This document shows, piece by piece, positions 11,326 through 24,445 of a stretch of DNA of 64,000 bases (positions within the stretch are counted from its first letter, which is position 1; each line of letters begins with the position of its first letter). The notes beneath the pieces were generated by a model. That model did no database searches and was not told where the DNA came from. It worked only from the letters and a program-made list of their open reading frames with translations. The translations under genes were made by a program, and so were the position numbers. Source of the DNA: Strigamia acuminata (Eukaryota); NCBI GenBank assembly GCA_949358305.1, contig OX442314.1, positions 1,798,001-1,862,000 on the forward strand. The letters run 5' to 3'.

Positions 11326-12776
11326 ATTCGTCCCGTTATACAGTATATAGCATGTAGTTTTTTTGTAATAAGTATGACGTCTACATTATTGCGCAATGCG
11401 CATGTTCAATTTAAAAGCATTCTGGTTCTGCACATCCGGACTGGTGTCATGGCGTCATGCTCTCACCATCGCCGTCGCCAAGAAGAACCAGTTTGCACAT
11501 TGGTTATATACATCATAAACACAGCAAACATCAAAGAAAATTATGATTTTCTCTTTGTATAAGGTATTTTGAACATATTTATTTACAAGTAGGATTTAAA
11601 AAATGTGATTTGATTCTAATTATGTAGGATATTTAAAACACTTAAAAATGCCAAAATTCAAACGGCGAAAATCTAAACGGGAAAGTGGATGGCAACGAGA
11701 AAAAGCAAAACAGCAAAAAAATTTGATGGCTGAAGCTGAAAACTGTCACAAAATAGATGCTCTCTTTCATACTGCAACATCATCCGCGAAAGATACATTG
11801 ATTGATTGTCACCAGGAAGAAAGCGTCGTTGAGGAAACAATAGAAGAAGAAGAAGAAGAAACACAAGTAAATATTCAGCAATGTCAAAGTTTCGAAACAG
11901 AAGAAATAAATGAGGAAATTGGCGAAAAAATTGATTATTTTCTACAACCTCAAAATGAAAATTTACCAAATTTCTTAAAGTTTCATCCGGTCCAGCCAAG
12001 TTTAGAATCAAAATGTAATTTAAAAGACAGAAAAATATACTTTCGAAAAGATGGCGTACGTAGATGCTGGTTAACTTTAGATGAAAATTGTGGAAAAATG
12101 TTTTGTTCTTTTTGCCTTGCTTTTTGTACGAATCCTTTGGAGCAATCTATTTTTATAAGTGGATATGTGTTAAATTTGCATAAAATAAAATAATACAAAT
12201 CTATCAAACAAATTCCACAGTCCTTGGTTACAAATGATGGGTAAAGTTGAGATATTTTGTTGAAATGTGTTGAAAATCTAAGATGGCGTCGGAGCAAAGA
12301 AAAGGCACGACCACACGTTTTGAGGTAAAAAAGTACACTGGTCTTTATTCAATTATTTACACAAAAGGAAAAAGTAAAGAATGCAGATGACACGCTCTGA
12401 GCACCAATGGAAACGGTGCACACAAATTTGGAAAAACCCCACCAATTAAAAGATTAACGTGGGGACAAGAACCTTGTACAAACTAGAACAGGTCAATACA
12501 CTCAAATGACAAATGGTAATTAATAATAAAAGTGTTACATGTTCAAATCAAAACATAATATTGAAGCCTAAATATGAGAAACAATAAAATCAGCAAATCA
12601 ATGTTAAATTCAAATCAAATATCAAAATCAATAATGTTATTATACAACACCTCAAAGCAATGTAAAAAATGGCAAATAAAATTACCCAATCACCAATATA
12701 GAAAGGAATAACAAATCAAGGTGGAAAATAGAAATACAAATGGCAATTTAAATAATGGTTTATTTAACCCGTAAAA

Positions 12777-14504
12777 TCACCCGATTTTCACACTGCCGGC
12801 CGGAGGATCACCCAATCTCACCTCCAACCATACGAGGCGTTGAACTGGTCGACGTAATTTTCCCCCATCCGCGAGCACGAGTTCACATGACCTAACTTTG
12901 TCATCGCGACCTCGTCTGACTTCGACCACTCTCCCCATCTTCCATTTCAAACGGGGTTTAAATTGCTCCTCAATTATCACAACGTCGTCAATTTGCAGCT
13001 CACGTTTGTCTGATTTTCCCGTTTGCACCTTCAGGTCCTTTAAATATTCACGGGACCAGCGTGACCAAAATGTTAACAACATGCGTTGTTGATATTGCCA
13101 CTGTCGAACGAATTCCTTTTGAGTCGGTTCGAGTATTTCAGTTGACCCTGAATCCGGCAAGTGTGTTTGCATGGTTCCCGTCAAGAAATGTGCTGGAGTA
13201 AGTGGTTCGGCTTCGCTTGGCTTCTCGTACACGTATGTGATGGGCCTACGGTTGATGACCGCTTCCGTCTGTGCCAAGAAAGTTCCAAATTGATAAAAGT
13301 TGAGGTGTGCAGATCCGATTACTTTTTTCAAGCAACGTTTAACTGTCTGCACCATCCTCTCCCAGAACCCTCCCCACCACGGTGCATTTTCTACAATGAA
13401 CTTCCACTCTATTCCCTTTTGAGCCAGATAATTTTGGAACGCCTCGTCTTTGGTGGAGCGTAAAAGAGATGAAAGTTCTAAATTAGCACGGTGAAAGGTG
13501 GACCCGTTGTCGCTGTATATCGTCTTTGGGAGGCCTCTACGACTGATGAATCGTTCAAACGCCCCCAAAAAGTCTGTTGTTGACAATGAGGGAACCAGTT
13601 CCAAATGCACCGCTCGAATGGTTGCGCACGTGAAAAGAGCTATATAAGCCTTGGTCGTTCGTCCCTTTATTATTATCGGTCCAGCAAAATCGACTCCAGT
13701 AACCGCGAATGGTTGGCACTTAGTCGTCCTGTCTGCTGGGAGGGGGCCTGGCACTTCTCGCATCAACCGTCCTTGAATCTTTTTGCAGACGACGCATTTG
13801 TCCAAAATCGATTTTAAGGTCCTCCTTGCGGATGGTGTCCAGTATAATTCTCGAAATTTAGACAGTGTGGCTGTCAATCCGCAATGAAGGACCTGTAAAT
13901 GAGAGTGTTGCAAAATTAATTTCGTGAGTTTATGGTTTGGAGGTAAAATCAAAGGTTGCACAGCGGTGTACAAATCTCGCGATTTTTGCAGTCGAGTTTG
14001 CAGTTCGATCAACCCCATCTCGTTCAGCTGTGGATTCAGGTCTCGCAATTTTGAATCCCTCTGAATTTGTCTGCCATCTCTCAATTGATTTATTTCCAGG
14101 CCATAAGCGTCCGACTGCGCGATTCGAATCAAGCTGAATTTCGCCCGTTTTATCTCAGCTGCAGTTAATGGACCTCGACCGCGTTGGCTGGCATCTGTCT
14201 GTCGCTTTCCAGCATTGTCAGCAAATCTGTAAACCCATGCCAGTGTTCGGATTGCTTTTGAAAACGATCCAAACCTGGCAAACGGGAAAATATTAGTTAC
14301 TGCTGTTTGCACGGCTTCGACGTGCGTTTCAGTCGTTTCGTCATCCTCTTCGACCGGCTCTGTTGGCAGGTTTGGCCAATCTCGACGACTTCCACGTAGC
14401 CAGTCCGGTCCCTGCCACCAAAGTTGCTCGGTTATCAATGCTTCTGCGTCCATTCCTCTTGTCAGGCGGTCAGCAGATTTTCCACGCCTGGCACGTGTCT
14501 CCAC
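12777..14504 (-). CDS. BEL polyprotein 3' part (integrase), separated by a 1-nt frameshift
   Basis: [20 protein letters not shown] zinc finger, [23 protein letters not shown]. The ORF ends inside the 3' LTR. Confidence 0.93.
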   Translation of the reverse strand: METRARRGKSADRLTRGMDAEALITEQLWWQGPDWLRGSRRDWPNLPTEPVEEDDETTETHVEAVQTAVTNIFPFARFGSFSKAIRTLAWVYRFADNAGKRQTDASQRGRGPLTAAEIKRAKFSLIRIAQSDAYGLEINQLRDGRQIQRDSKLRDLNPQLNEMGLIELQTRLQKSRDLYTAVQPLILPPNHKLTKLILQHSHLQVLHCGLTATLSKFRELYWTPSARRTLKSILDKCVVCKKIQGRLMREVPGPLPADRTTKCQPFAVTGVDFAGPIIIKGRTTKAYIALFTCATIRAVHLELVPSLSTTDFLGAFERFISRRGLPKTIYSDNGSTFHRANLELSSLLRSTKDEAFQNYLAQKGIEWKFIVENAPWWGGFWERMVQTVKRCLKKVIGSAHLNFYQFGTFLAQTEAVINRRPITYVYEKPSEAEPLTPAHFLTGTMQTHLPDSGSTEILEPTQKEFVRQWQYQQRMLLTFWSRWSREYLKDLKVQTGKSDKRELQIDDVVIIEEQFKPRLKWKMGRVVEVRRGRDDKVRSCELVLADGGKLRRPVQRLVWLEVRLGDPPAGSVKIG

Positions 14505-17500
14505 TCTTCAATTTTTGACTTCTCCCTTATCTCCAAAACTCGATTGTGGACGAAGGTTGGTGGTCGTTTGGATGTGTTCTTGATCCAATGGAGACATATC
14601 TGAGAGTCCGTCCAAAAAAATATTTCACCTGGCGTCATCAACTCCTTGATTTGGTCGGAGAGACGTACAGCAACCAGTGCTCCCATGAGCTCGAGTCTTG
14701 GCAGTGTAAGTGGTTTAACAGGAGCTACACGACACTTTGACAAAATGAAATTAGTCTCAATCAAATCACCATTAGAGTTCTGGATGTATGCCACCGCCCC
14801 ATATGCCTTCGGACTCGCGTCGCAGAATATGTGTACTTCACATTGGTCAAATTCGTCCTGTCCCAACCATCGTGGGATTTGAATTTTTCTTAGAGTGGGA
14901 ATTTGGTCGGTCCACTTCTTCCAATCAGCGCGCAACTCGTTGTCTAATTCGTCATCCCATGGCAAATTTCTCAGCCATAGGGACTGGAAAAACATGCGTG
15001 CTGTCACGGTGAATGGTGTAGCAAATCCTAAGGGGTCAAAAATTTGAGCAGTTATTTTGATTACTTCTCTTTTGGTCGTTTTCTTGCTAGGTGGGCAAGT
15101 TTCTACGACTGCTAGTCCTAATTCGTCCAAATTCGGGTTCCATCTAATTCCCAGCACCTTTGTGTCTTCATTAGACGTCAGTGTCGCGTCAGATGGGCAT
15201 TCCTCTCGAAATTCAGTTCTCAGTTCGGGCGAATTGGTTTGCCACTTAGCGAGTTCCATACCGGCTGCTGCAAAAATCAAGTTGGACTGGCAAAATGTCA
15301 TTAGCGCTTGAGCGACGGTCTTGAGCGACGAGATGAAATCGTCCACGTACAGACACCGTAACAACAACTTTACTGTTTCTGGGTATTTTTTTTCGTATTT
15401 GCGCAGGTGATGTCGGATTGTTGCGCTCAGTAAGAATGGACTCGGTGTAGCTCCAAATAACACTCGAGTCTGGCGCAGCACTTTCAATAATGCTTTTCCT
15501 ATGCCGTCCCAGCACTCATCGATCCAGAAAAATCTTGTTGCGTCGCGGTCCTTTAAAGCAATTTCGATCATGTGGAATGCTTTTTTAATGTCACCTATCA
15601 TGGCCACTCTCCCAAGACGAAATCCTAACAATATAAATATTAGTGACGGTAGAAAGTTTATACCTTTTGATAGGCAATCGTTCAAGGAGAGATAGCCCTT
15701 TCGATGTGATGAAGCATCAAATACGACTCGCAATTTCGTGGTGACGCGTTCCTCTTTGATCACCGGACTGTGTGGCATGTAGTATACTGGTCCAGTTGAA
15801 GTTTGGTTTGGTATCTCTTCAACAATTCCCATTTTTAACTGTTCATCAATGACTTTCTTGTATTCCAAGTAGAGGTTTGGCTGCTTTCGAAAACGACGAA
15901 TCAGCGACATGATGCGTTGTTCAGCTCCTCTGTAGTTGTCATCCAACTGGTTGGTGTCCACTATCCACGGCAGTTCCACGGAATATTTCGAACCCGTCCA
16001 TTTGATGGTTTTCTCAAATTTTTGTAACGTTTCTGCGTCGTCGTTGGTTTCGACCGACTCGTGGCGTACTCCAATCGGTTCCAGTTCCCACATCCGGCGC
16101 AAAAGGTCATCTGTTGATGGGGTAAGTGTAATTTTGTTTATTCTTACCGGTGCAGCAATAACTCTTGTTCCATTTGTGGTCTGTCCATGTAAAGTCCAGC
16201 CAAATTTTGTTTTCACTGCAATTAGATTTTCTTCTAAATATTCAGTTTGACCTGTCATTACACGCCAGTAATGATCCACTCCAATCAGCAAATCCACTTC
16301 TTTTGAATGCAACGCGACTTGTTTGCAGGCCACCTCGATTTTCCTTCGTTGTAACTCTGCCCTAAGTTGTCCATTTGGTTGCTCTCCGGGCGTGGATGTG
16401 ACGTGGGCAGTCTCAATGGCCTCGATCGTGACAGCGGGTGACTTCGAATTGGCGGGGCTGAGAATCAATTCGACTCTGTTGCGTATTTCCGACCTCGGCT
16501 CTTGTCCAAACACGGCCAAATTGATGGTTTCTGTTCCTAGAATTTTTAAGTTCAGTTTTTTCACCAATTCAGACCGTATGAAGGTGCGCTGGGCTCCTCC
16601 ATCGATGTAGCACACTCCCAACGTGGACAGTTTTGGTCCGGCCATTTTCACCATCTGTACCATCAAAAATTCGGACTTGGGTGGGCAGGTGGTGACCACT
16701 GAGTTGGAATGGACGATCTCCTCGGCGACCTCCGTAGGTTTTGGAGTGTCGCATATGTGGGTGTGATGTGTTCCTTCACAGCTGTAGCACTTCATTCGGG
16801 TCCTGCACTCCTCAGTCTTGTGGGGCACTTTTCCCAAGCATCGCAGGCAAATTCCCTTTTTTTGCAGCTTTTTGCGTCTCTCCTCCATCGTGAGCGGACA
16901 TCTTTTTCGGTTATGTTCTGTGGAATCACAAAATTGGCATTTTATTATCATTACCGACAATTGTGATGCTGATCCAGATCGAGGCTCCTTTTCTTTTCGT
17001 TTGAATTTCCCCTTATTGTTGTGGGCGTTATCCGTGAATGACGATTTGTTTGTTGTCGCATCAGGTTTTGTTTGTGTTTTCAACATGTCGTACTTGGCGT
17101 GTTTGGCGATGTGGTCGCTTAACCAGTCCATTAACCTCGTTATCGACCTCTCTCCATCGCAGTCTTTGTCATATTCCATGACGATACTGCGCGGAATGGC
17201 AGACGACAGCACGGGAAAAATGGTCCGCTGTATTTCCGCCAGGGGCACTTCAATGTTGGCTAAATTCTCTATATTTACCTCTACGTGCCTGTGTAGCTTT
17301 TGCAGGCCTACTCGATCTCGCTCGCTGTTAACAGAAGGTAAATTTATTAGATTCGACAGGTACTTGTTTTCGAGGACGATTTTGTCGCCATATTTCTTTT
17401 GTAGGCGTGCAATCGCGACGATGTAGTTTCCTGCGGTGATCTCGAGTGCCTTGATGTCGTCCAGCGCCTCTCCAATCAGGTAGGTTCTTAAATATAAAAG

Positions 17501-18064
17501 TTTATTTGTTCCATCCAATTGCTCATCGTTGCCAACTTGGATGGAAAAAGTCTTCCAAAAACCTCCCCATTCCTCCGGTTTGCGCCCGTCAAATTTTGGA
17601 ATTTCTAACGGTTTGCGTTTGATGAAGGGTTGTCCGTTCGTCGGGGTCACGCGTGGCGTTGCTGCCGTCACTGCTGCGGTAATGGCCGCCGCCAGTGCGT
17701 CGATGTTCGCCGCCGGTTGTGCCTCCGCGTCCGGTCGCAAGTTCTGGGGCGGTAAAGGTGGAAAATATGTTTGAATGTACCTTGCTAACTCCGCTCTTGC
17801 TGCGGCTAAACGGTCCTCCAACGCGTCGAGTGCCTGCACCGTGGTGTCGATTTCTTGGTCAGATTTGGCTTGATCCAAGGTGGCGTCGAACGTCGTTTGG
17901 GCTCGTTTTTGTTTCTGCTCGAGCTGCTGCATCCACAGTTCAATCGTGGCTTGCGGTATTGCTGCTCGTCCGGTCAGCGCGGCGGTTATTGTTGCTAGGA
18001 GTGTCTCAGTGACCATTATGGCCGCTCTGAAGGCCCTGTTCTTCAACTCAAAAACTCTCACCAT
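14462..18064 (-). CDS. BEL gag-protease-RT-RNase H polyprotein (5' part)
   Basis: IPKFDG gag region, Cys-His knuckles, IDGGAQRTF protease, LRVVFDAS and YVDD RT motifs, [12 protein letters not shown]ase H. Confidence 0.93.
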   Translation of the reverse strand: MVRVFELKNRAFRAAIMVTETLLATITAALTGRAAIPQATIELWMQQLEQKQKRAQTTFDATLDQAKSDQEIDTTVQALDALEDRLAAARAELARYIQTYFPPLPPQNLRPDAEAQPAANIDALAAAITAAVTAATPRVTPTNGQPFIKRKPLEIPKFDGRKPEEWGGFWKTFSIQVGNDEQLDGTNKLLYLRTYLIGEALDDIKALEITAGNYIVAIARLQKKYGDKIVLENKYLSNLINLPSVNSERDRVGLQKLHRHVEVNIENLANIEVPLAEIQRTIFPVLSSAIPRSIVMEYDKDCDGERSITRLMDWLSDHIAKHAKYDMLKTQTKPDATTNKSSFTDNAHNNKGKFKRKEKEPRSGSASQLSVMIIKCQFCDSTEHNRKRCPLTMEERRKKLQKKGICLRCLGKVPHKTEECRTRMKCYSCEGTHHTHICDTPKPTEVAEEIVHSNSVVTTCPPKSEFLMVQMVKMAGPKLSTLGVCYIDGGAQRTFIRSELVKKLNLKILGTETINLAVFGQEPRSEIRNRVELILSPANSKSPAVTIEAIETAHVTSTPGEQPNGQLRAELQRRKIEVACKQVALHSKEVDLLIGVDHYWRVMTGQTEYLEENLIAVKTKFGWTLHGQTTNGTRVIAAPVRINKITLTPSTDDLLRRMWELEPIGVRHESVETNDDAETLQKFEKTIKWTGSKYSVELPWIVDTNQLDDNYRGAEQRIMSLIRRFRKQPNLYLEYKKVIDEQLKMGIVEEIPNQTSTGPVYYMPHSPVIKEERVTTKLRVVFDASSHRKGYLSLNDCLSKGINFLPSLIFILLGFRLGRVAMIGDIKKAFHMIEIALKDRDATRFFWIDECWDGIGKALLKVLRQTRVLFGATPSPFLLSATIRHHLRKYEKKYPETVKLLLRCLYVDDFISSLKTVAQALMTFCQSNLIFAAAGMELAKWQTNSPELRTEFREECPSDATLTSNEDTKVLGIRWNPNLDELGLAVVETCPPSKKTTKREVIKITAQIFDPLGFATPFTVTARMFFQSLWLRNLPWDDELDNELRADWKKWTDQIPTLRKIQIPRWLGQDEFDQCEVHIFCDASPKAYGAVAYIQNSNGDLIETNFILSKCRVAPVKPLTLPRLELMGALVAVRLSDQIKELMTPGEIFFWTDSQICLHWIKNTSKRPPTFVHNRVLEIREKSKIEEWRHVPGVENLLTA

Positions 18065-18100
18065 TTTGAATGATTTAGATTAGATGGGAAATTAAATAGT

Positions 18101-18118
18101 TCCCGGGTTTCGGCACCA
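18101..18118 (-). promoter_or_regulatory. Primer-binding site, tRNA-Phe type
   Basis: TGGTGCCGAAACCCGGGA lies one base inside the 5' LTR and is complementary to the tRNA-Phe 3' end. Confidence 0.85.
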
Positions 18119-20990
18119 ATGTTAAATTTGCATAAAATAAAATAATACAAATCTATCAAACAAATTCCACAGTCCTTGGTTACAAATGATGGGTAAAGTT
18201 GAGATATTTTGTTGAAATGTGTTGAAAATCTAAGATGGCGTCGGAGCAAAGAAAAGGCACGACCACACGTTTTGAGGTAAAAAAGTACACTGGTCTTTAT
18301 TCAATTATTTACACAAAAGGAAAAAGTAAAGAATGCAGATGACACGCTCTGAGCACCAATGGAAACGGTGCACACAAATTTGGAAAAACCCCACCAATTA
18401 AAAGATTAACGTGGGGACAAGAACCTTGTACAAACTAGAACAGGTCAATACACTCAAATGACAAATGGTAATTAATAATAAAAGTGTTACATGTTCAAAT
18501 CAAAACATAATATTGAAGCCTAAATATGAGAAACAATAAAATCAGCAAATCAATGTTAAATTCAAATCAAATATCAAAATCAATAATGTTATTATACAAC
18601 ACCTCAAAGCAATGTAAAAAATGGCAAATAAAATTACCCAATCACCAATATAGAAAGGAATAACAAATCAAGGTGGAAAATAGAAATACAAATGGCAATT
18701 TAAATAATGGTTTATTTAACCCGTAAAATCACCCGATTTTCACAATATGATATTTATAAAACTAAGCACATGTATCAAAGAATTACTGAACATGAAAATT
18801 CTGCGCTTCATAATACAAATACCGAAGCATATTTCTTGAAAGTAAATAATAGAGATACGTTTAGTTTAATAAATAAACAGAAATTAGAAAATAATAATAG
18901 AAATCGCCAAATTTTAAATCGAGTTATTGAAATAATTAAGTTAATTGGCAAACGGGGGCTAAGCTATCGCAGCATCAATGAATCTACTTCTCAGCTGTTG
19001 AATGAAAATCTAGATCATGGTAATTTTCTAGAATTGCTTTTGTTGATAAGTAAATTCGATCCCTTATTAAAAGTGCATATTGAAGATACCGTAAATAAAA
19101 GCAAAGGTAAAGGCAAAGGGCGGGGTAGTTTGGTAACATTGTTTTCCAAAACTACCGCCAATAATGTAATAGATGTTATTCATTCTCTTATGAAAGAAAC
19201 ATAGGCTTCAGAAATAAGGGATGCAGAAATGTTTAGTGTTCAAATCGATACCACACAAGACATTAATGTTGTAGATCAATGTTCTATTATTATCAGGTAT
19301 GCAAAAGATCGTGTTTATGAACGATTAATATCACTAGTTAATTGCTCATCCACTACAGGGGAGGATCTTTGTAATTTAATATGTGAGCAATTAAAAAACA
19401 ATAATATTGATATTTCTAAGTGTATTGGGAATTGCACAGATGGTGCATCAAATATGCAAGGGGCATACAAAGGCTTCAGTGCTTGGCTGAATAAAGTTTC
19501 ACCAGGTCAAATACATACATGGTGTTATGCACATGTTTTAAATTTAATAATTGTTGATATAACTCAAAAGACAGCTGAAGCCATTTCTTTATTTGGTCTT
19601 TTAAATACTTGTGCAGTTTTCTTCAAAGAATCACATAAAAGAATGAATGTATGGAGGGAATTTAGTAAATTTAAATTTATTGCAACAATTGGAGAAACTC
19701 GCTGGTGGGCAAAAGACAAAATTTTAAGAAAAGTATTTGGTAATTATAATACTACATCCAGTATTATGTTTTATGTAGATGTTATTCAAACTTTTCAAGA
19801 CACATCTGTCTCCAGTAATTTTAATAATGATGTTCGGCACAAGGCAAAATGCATGTTAGAATCTTTGTTAGAGTTTAAAACAATTCTCGTAGCTCAAATA
19901 TTCTTACGTGTATTTGAGGAAACAACGCCATTGTCGTTGTATTTGCAAACAAGAGAAATGGACATAATTACTGCTTTTAGTATGGTGAAAAATACAGCTG
20001 AAAACATATTAAAAATTACCCGAGGTTTTGATGAAGTTTTTCAAGCAGCAGTTAATTTTGTATTGGCTGCCAATAAGGAATTGGAAAAGCGTGATATTGA
20101 TATTTTCATTGTGCCACATTTAGATGATAGGAGAAAGCGAAATACAACTATTAGTGCAAAAGATTTATTTCGCATTAATGTACATAACATTATAATGGAT
20201 AATGTTATGAACGATTTAAACGAACGATTTCTAAAAAACGATAACCTGTATGCCGAGTTATATTATTTAAATCCATGTAATTTTCAAAATATTGTAAGTA
20301 ACAATATACCAGATTTAACTTTTCAATCAATTGTAGAAGTAATTAATAAGAAATTCAACAAAACCATAAATATAGTCGATGTACATGCAGAATTAAAAGA
20401 TTTTGTAAAAAAGTGGCAATTGTTTAAAGATACAGTTACTGACGACATAAATAAGGTTGATGCAGATTCCGATTCAAATGATGAAAATGATGATAACGAA
20501 AATTTGATAATCGGAGAAAATAATTCGTTAAAGTGCCAATCTTGTAAAAATTGTGTCACCTGCTGTTTTATGGTTTTGCAAAAATTTAATTTACATTCCT
20601 TAGCATATCACAATTTATTTTTAATATATAAATTTGTTGTAACATTGTCTTCCACACAAGTATCGTGCGAACGGTCATTTTCAAAATTAAAATATATATT
20701 GAATAGATTACGTAATTGTTTAGGCCAAATTAAATTAGAAGCATTCATGATTATGTCTTGTGAAAAAGATATTTTGAACGTAATAAAGAATGATCAAATT
20801 GTTAATGCAATGAAAGAAAAAAGTAGTTTACTGAGGAAAATTTTATAATTGAAAATTATTATGTATACGAATACACCTTTTACAATAAATCATTTCCTGT
20901 GTATTGGCACTGTTCACTCACTCGCTGTATTGTGTTGGAATTTTAAATAAATAAGTTAATCAAATTTGGAATTTTTTTCATTTCACTAGC

Positions 20991-21023
20991 CTAGGTTAGG
21001 TTAGGTTAGGTTAGGTTAGGTTA
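20991..21023. repeat. (TTAGG)n tract in the hAT right subterminal region
   Basis: ctagg(ttagg)5tta. Confidence 0.9.
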
Positions 21024-21081
21024 TATGTGGCCCGACCGATCCAGTTTTCCCGGTAGAAAATTGGTTCCCAGTCCAGCCCTG

Positions 21082-21960
21082 ACGGTGTTTCTCCATCACT
21101 TGCGTCGAATCCTTTTTGTACGCGTATCGGAACTGGTTACTGACGTAGCATTCAACGTGCAACCGGTACGACGCACTCGCGTCTCGGTCGTTGTTTTTGA
21201 AGTAGTTCTCCGGGTCTGGGAACATCTCCAGGAATTCCTCAACGCTGAACTTGCTGCAAAAAAAATTCAGTGGAAAATGATGAGAAAAATCAATATAAAC
21301 AACGACAAATCATGAAAAATAAACATTTGAAACGGTTTGTTTGTGGAAACACTATAAAAAAGAAACAGAATAGACAAAATAAGTAGAAAACCTTTCGAGC
21401 TTCGGTTGGCATTCTTCCGGGATGTTCAACGGCTCTTGGATGCCTTTAGCCGTACCGCGATCAAACGATCGATTACGATGTTTCTTCCGTTGGCATTCGC
21501 CCTCGAGGTTTCAACCATCGCATAAACTTCGTTCCGATCCACCAAGAAATGCGGGTGGAGCACTCGAAGCCCGTTAACGATATTAGTTACTTCCGACAGA
21601 CTAATTAGATCCATTTTAATTACTTCGTTTGATAGTTTGGATTAGTTTAGGACGAAATACTTCTGTGATGTCGTTGTCTTCAACAGCGTGCTGCAGCGCG
21701 GGTGCAACGGCGATCATGCCGGGAATGTACGGAATGTCGTCGTCGTCGTCGTCGTCGTCGCTGTTCTGACGGGATTTACAAAATTAAACCTTTTTCGTGG
21801 TTTTTTATTCTTAAATTAAGAAATCAGATGGCTTTTTTGTTGATATTCATAACTGTTCCACTCTGTGAAGAGATACGGGAAGTTAGAACGGGTTTTGCAC
21901 GAATTACTCGAATGTTCACCTGGAAATTTGATGCGATCAGTAAGTTCGAGCCGTCAACTA
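21082..21960 (-). pseudogene. RNF216-like exons 1-3 with internal deletion; continues at 11080-11142 beyond the hAT element
   Basis: EVTNIVNGLRVLHPHFLVDRNEVY and MFPDPENYFKNNDRDASASYRLHVECYVSNQFRY. Confidence 0.85.
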
Positions 21961-22874
21961 AAACAGGGTAGAATAAAAGTAAAAAAAAAGTAAAAAAAAA
22001 ACATTTGTTGCAAGTAGAACCCGAGATAGACTTTCAGGCCTAGATTTGGAAATGGAAGCCAAAAGTTGTGAGATGACCGTTGTTCTATTTGTTTTGTTTT
22101 AAACAAAACAAAATATCGTTCTCATCCTTTTTGATTACTTTAGTTACAAAAGTATTGTTATTATTTCCATTATTATTATTATTATTCGTGGAACGATTTC
22201 GCGGATTTTGAGCAAAACGAGCGGGTCGAGGAAAATGATGGGCACAAACCGCGTTATATTAAATTAAAAACTGATAAATGTCCCCTTTATTTTTTACTGG
22301 TCACCGGCAGGAAAATAAACATTTTATTAGCGATATTGCAAACAAACAATATAAACATATGTTAAATAAAAAGAATTAATTAGAAACTTTATGTTTTAAA
22401 ATGGATTTGTTTACTTTGTGGCTCTGTGTTTCACGGAGTTCGAGAAAGCCGTTTGGGTTTTATCTTCGACTGGAAATTTGGAGGCGCATATAGTTTTTGT
22501 TGGTCGAATGGTTGCGACCGATCGATCTCCGTCTAGCGGTCCATCTGCAAACAAACACAAATCAAACACAACGGCGCAAGTTCAGCGCGTGAAAGTTCAA
22601 ATTCATCTCATCGAGCCGTGCAAGTTCCACCTTTCATTTTCGAATGTCGGACGAAAAGGGCTGTGAGTCTTTCGGCTTCTTTGTAAGAAGAACACGAAAT
22701 TAAATCAATAAAACCGCCGGTTTTATTGATTTAATTTCGTGTTAAATCAAATCAATAAAACCGGCGGTTTTAATGATTTAATTTGATAGCAGTAAATTGA
22801 TTCAGGTATTTCTGAGTAATTAAACTTCAGATTAATTTAATAACCGGCACTTAAAGTACATCGATTTCTGCTGT

Positions 22875-23500
22875 GCTCAGACGCCACTTGTTCGGCAGGA
22901 CACATGCGGGCAGAGATGCACATCGGCCAAGACAATTATATTACCAGTTCCCACGCCTCGACCCGTACTGCGAGAGCCACTTCCCGCCCATCGTGCTGCA
23001 GAATGTTTTGCCGCCCAACGTGTTTTCCCACGTCGTGCTCAAGATTGAGGAAGGGGCACGCCGACATCCCGGACCTCGAGTCGTGTCCACACTGCTCTTT
23101 CTGAGCCATCATTCCGGAATGTCTCAAAGTGACGTGCAGGTGACGAAAGAAAAAAAAATAAATAAATGAAATGCTAATTTAGTTTGTAATTGAAGATTGT
23201 GCAAGGAACCGAACCACATCCCGCTGCGCTGCAACGAGATAGACCAGAAACCGGAATTGCAATTATGCAAATATGTTGAGGAGCAGATGACGACGCGTTG
23301 CTGCGCACGTGTCCCCGCTGCAAGCGGCGCATCATCAAAGAACAAAACTGCAACAAGATGACGTGCACGTGCGGCCACGTGTGTCGCGAGGCCATCAAAG
23401 ACTACACGTATTTCGAGAACGAAGGTGAGTTAATGATTGACGAGTCACAAAAGTTAATCAATCTCATTTCAACTCACTCGTCAGTTGTCCTCAATTCCCC
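22875..23500 (+). pseudogene. RNF216-like RBR fragment
   Basis: AEMHIGQ, DLESCPHCSF* and LRTCPRCKRRIIKEQNCNKMTCTCG, with frameshifts. Confidence 0.8.
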
Positions 23501-24050
23501 AACGACGCGTCTGGAGATGCAGGAGGCAAAAAAGACCAGTGCGGACATGACTCGAGGTCCGGGATGTCGGCGCGGCGGATCTCCTCCTCCTGCATCTTGC
23601 GCACGACGTTTGAAGTATTTTCAAACGTCGTGCGCAAGATGCAGGAGGAGGAGATCCGCCGTTGGGCGGCCAAACACTCTGCAGCACGATGGGCGGGAAC
23701 TGGCTCTTGGAGTATAGGCCGAAGCACGGGAACTGGTTCCTGTCCTGGCGATGTGTACCTCGGCGTGGCGCCAAATGCCGGTTGCGCAGAACAAGTGTCC
23801 ATCGGAGCACTGATGCATGTCTTGGATGAGCAGCAACTGCACGTCATCAGTTCGTTCTTTTCCCGCTCTGTTTCTTTGTACTTTTTAAATTCTAGAAGTG
23901 GAATTAAATGTAATTACATGCCACAATTTTTAGTTTTTTCCGTCTCCATCTCGATGAACAATTTCTCTTCGATGTTCGATGTCTTGCGGCATGGTCATCT
24001 TTTTCCTCATGGTCTGGTGGTCTCCCTCCTCTTGATTACCGAATCCACCG
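23480..24050 (-). pseudogene. RNF216-like exon 4-5 fragment with internal fold-back
   Basis: CSCC, QCSDGHLFC and NVVRKMQEEEIRRADIPDLESCPH, with frameshifts. Confidence 0.75.
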
Positions 24051-24074
24051 AATGATTTGTTTGTGGAAAATCCC

Positions 24075-24445
24075 ACTTAGGCTCACGTTCGTGGCCACGT
24101 AGGAAATCGTGTACTCGCTCGGGACGAACAAAAGCGGAGAACTCCACGTCAAAGTGGCGGAACTCGTGGACGCGTCGTGCGCTGGAAGCCACGTTGTCGT
24201 CCAACTCGCTTTCATTTATTTCTAGAAACCCTAACAAGAAAAAGTAGGAAACAAAGCATAATTTCATTTATCTCATAACTAGGAAGTCACGTTGCAGCTC
24301 ATTTTCTCTTTTTTAACACCGGTTTAATCAACAAAAAAGAAAAAATGGCCAAATTGCAACTCCACCTTCTTAAAGGAGTGGCGTAGCGCTGATCGCTCGT
24401 GTCCACTGAGACCATGTTCTTGAGCCAGGTGATGGTGAGTGGAGT
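24075..24445 (-). pseudogene. Possible Ig/fibronectin-III gene fragment
   Basis: Minus frames read LTITWLKNMVSVDTSDQRY (Ig-like) and AHDASTSSATLTWSSPLLFVPSEYTISYVATN (FN3-like); recognised by pattern only. Confidence 0.4.

Larger units (their letters stand above)
12168..18744 (-). mobile_element. Full-length BEL/Pao LTR retrotransposon
   Basis: Two 625-bp LTRs (12168-12792 and 18120-18744), identical by eye, with TG...CA ends. 5-bp TSD ATATG at 12163-12167 and 18745-18749. PBS and gag-pol are present. Confidence 0.97.
11648..20848 (+). pseudogene. hAT transposase, split by the BEL insertion, with one in-frame stop
   Basis: Joining 11648-12167 and 18750-20848 gives 873 codons with a seamless junction (ISGY|DIYKTKHMYQRITEHENSALH). 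Motifs: FCSFC zinc finger, FSVQIDTTQD, DGASNMQG, CYAHVLNL, TRW and the dimerisation motif SCERSFSKLK. TAG at 19202-19204. Confidence 0.9.
11143..21081 (+). mobile_element. hAT DNA transposon (ZMYM1-like transposase) containing a nested BEL element
   Basis: 14-bp TIRs CAGTGCTGGACTGG / CCAGTCCAGCCCTG (1 mismatch). 8-bp TSD ACGGTGTT at 11135-11142 and 21082-21089. Inserted in exon 3 of a minus-strand RNF216-like copy. Confidence 0.95.

Noticed and set aside
19202..19204. Programmed read-through in the hAT transposase
   Set aside because: The gene is already disrupted by the BEL insertion, so a simple nonsense mutation is more parsimonious.
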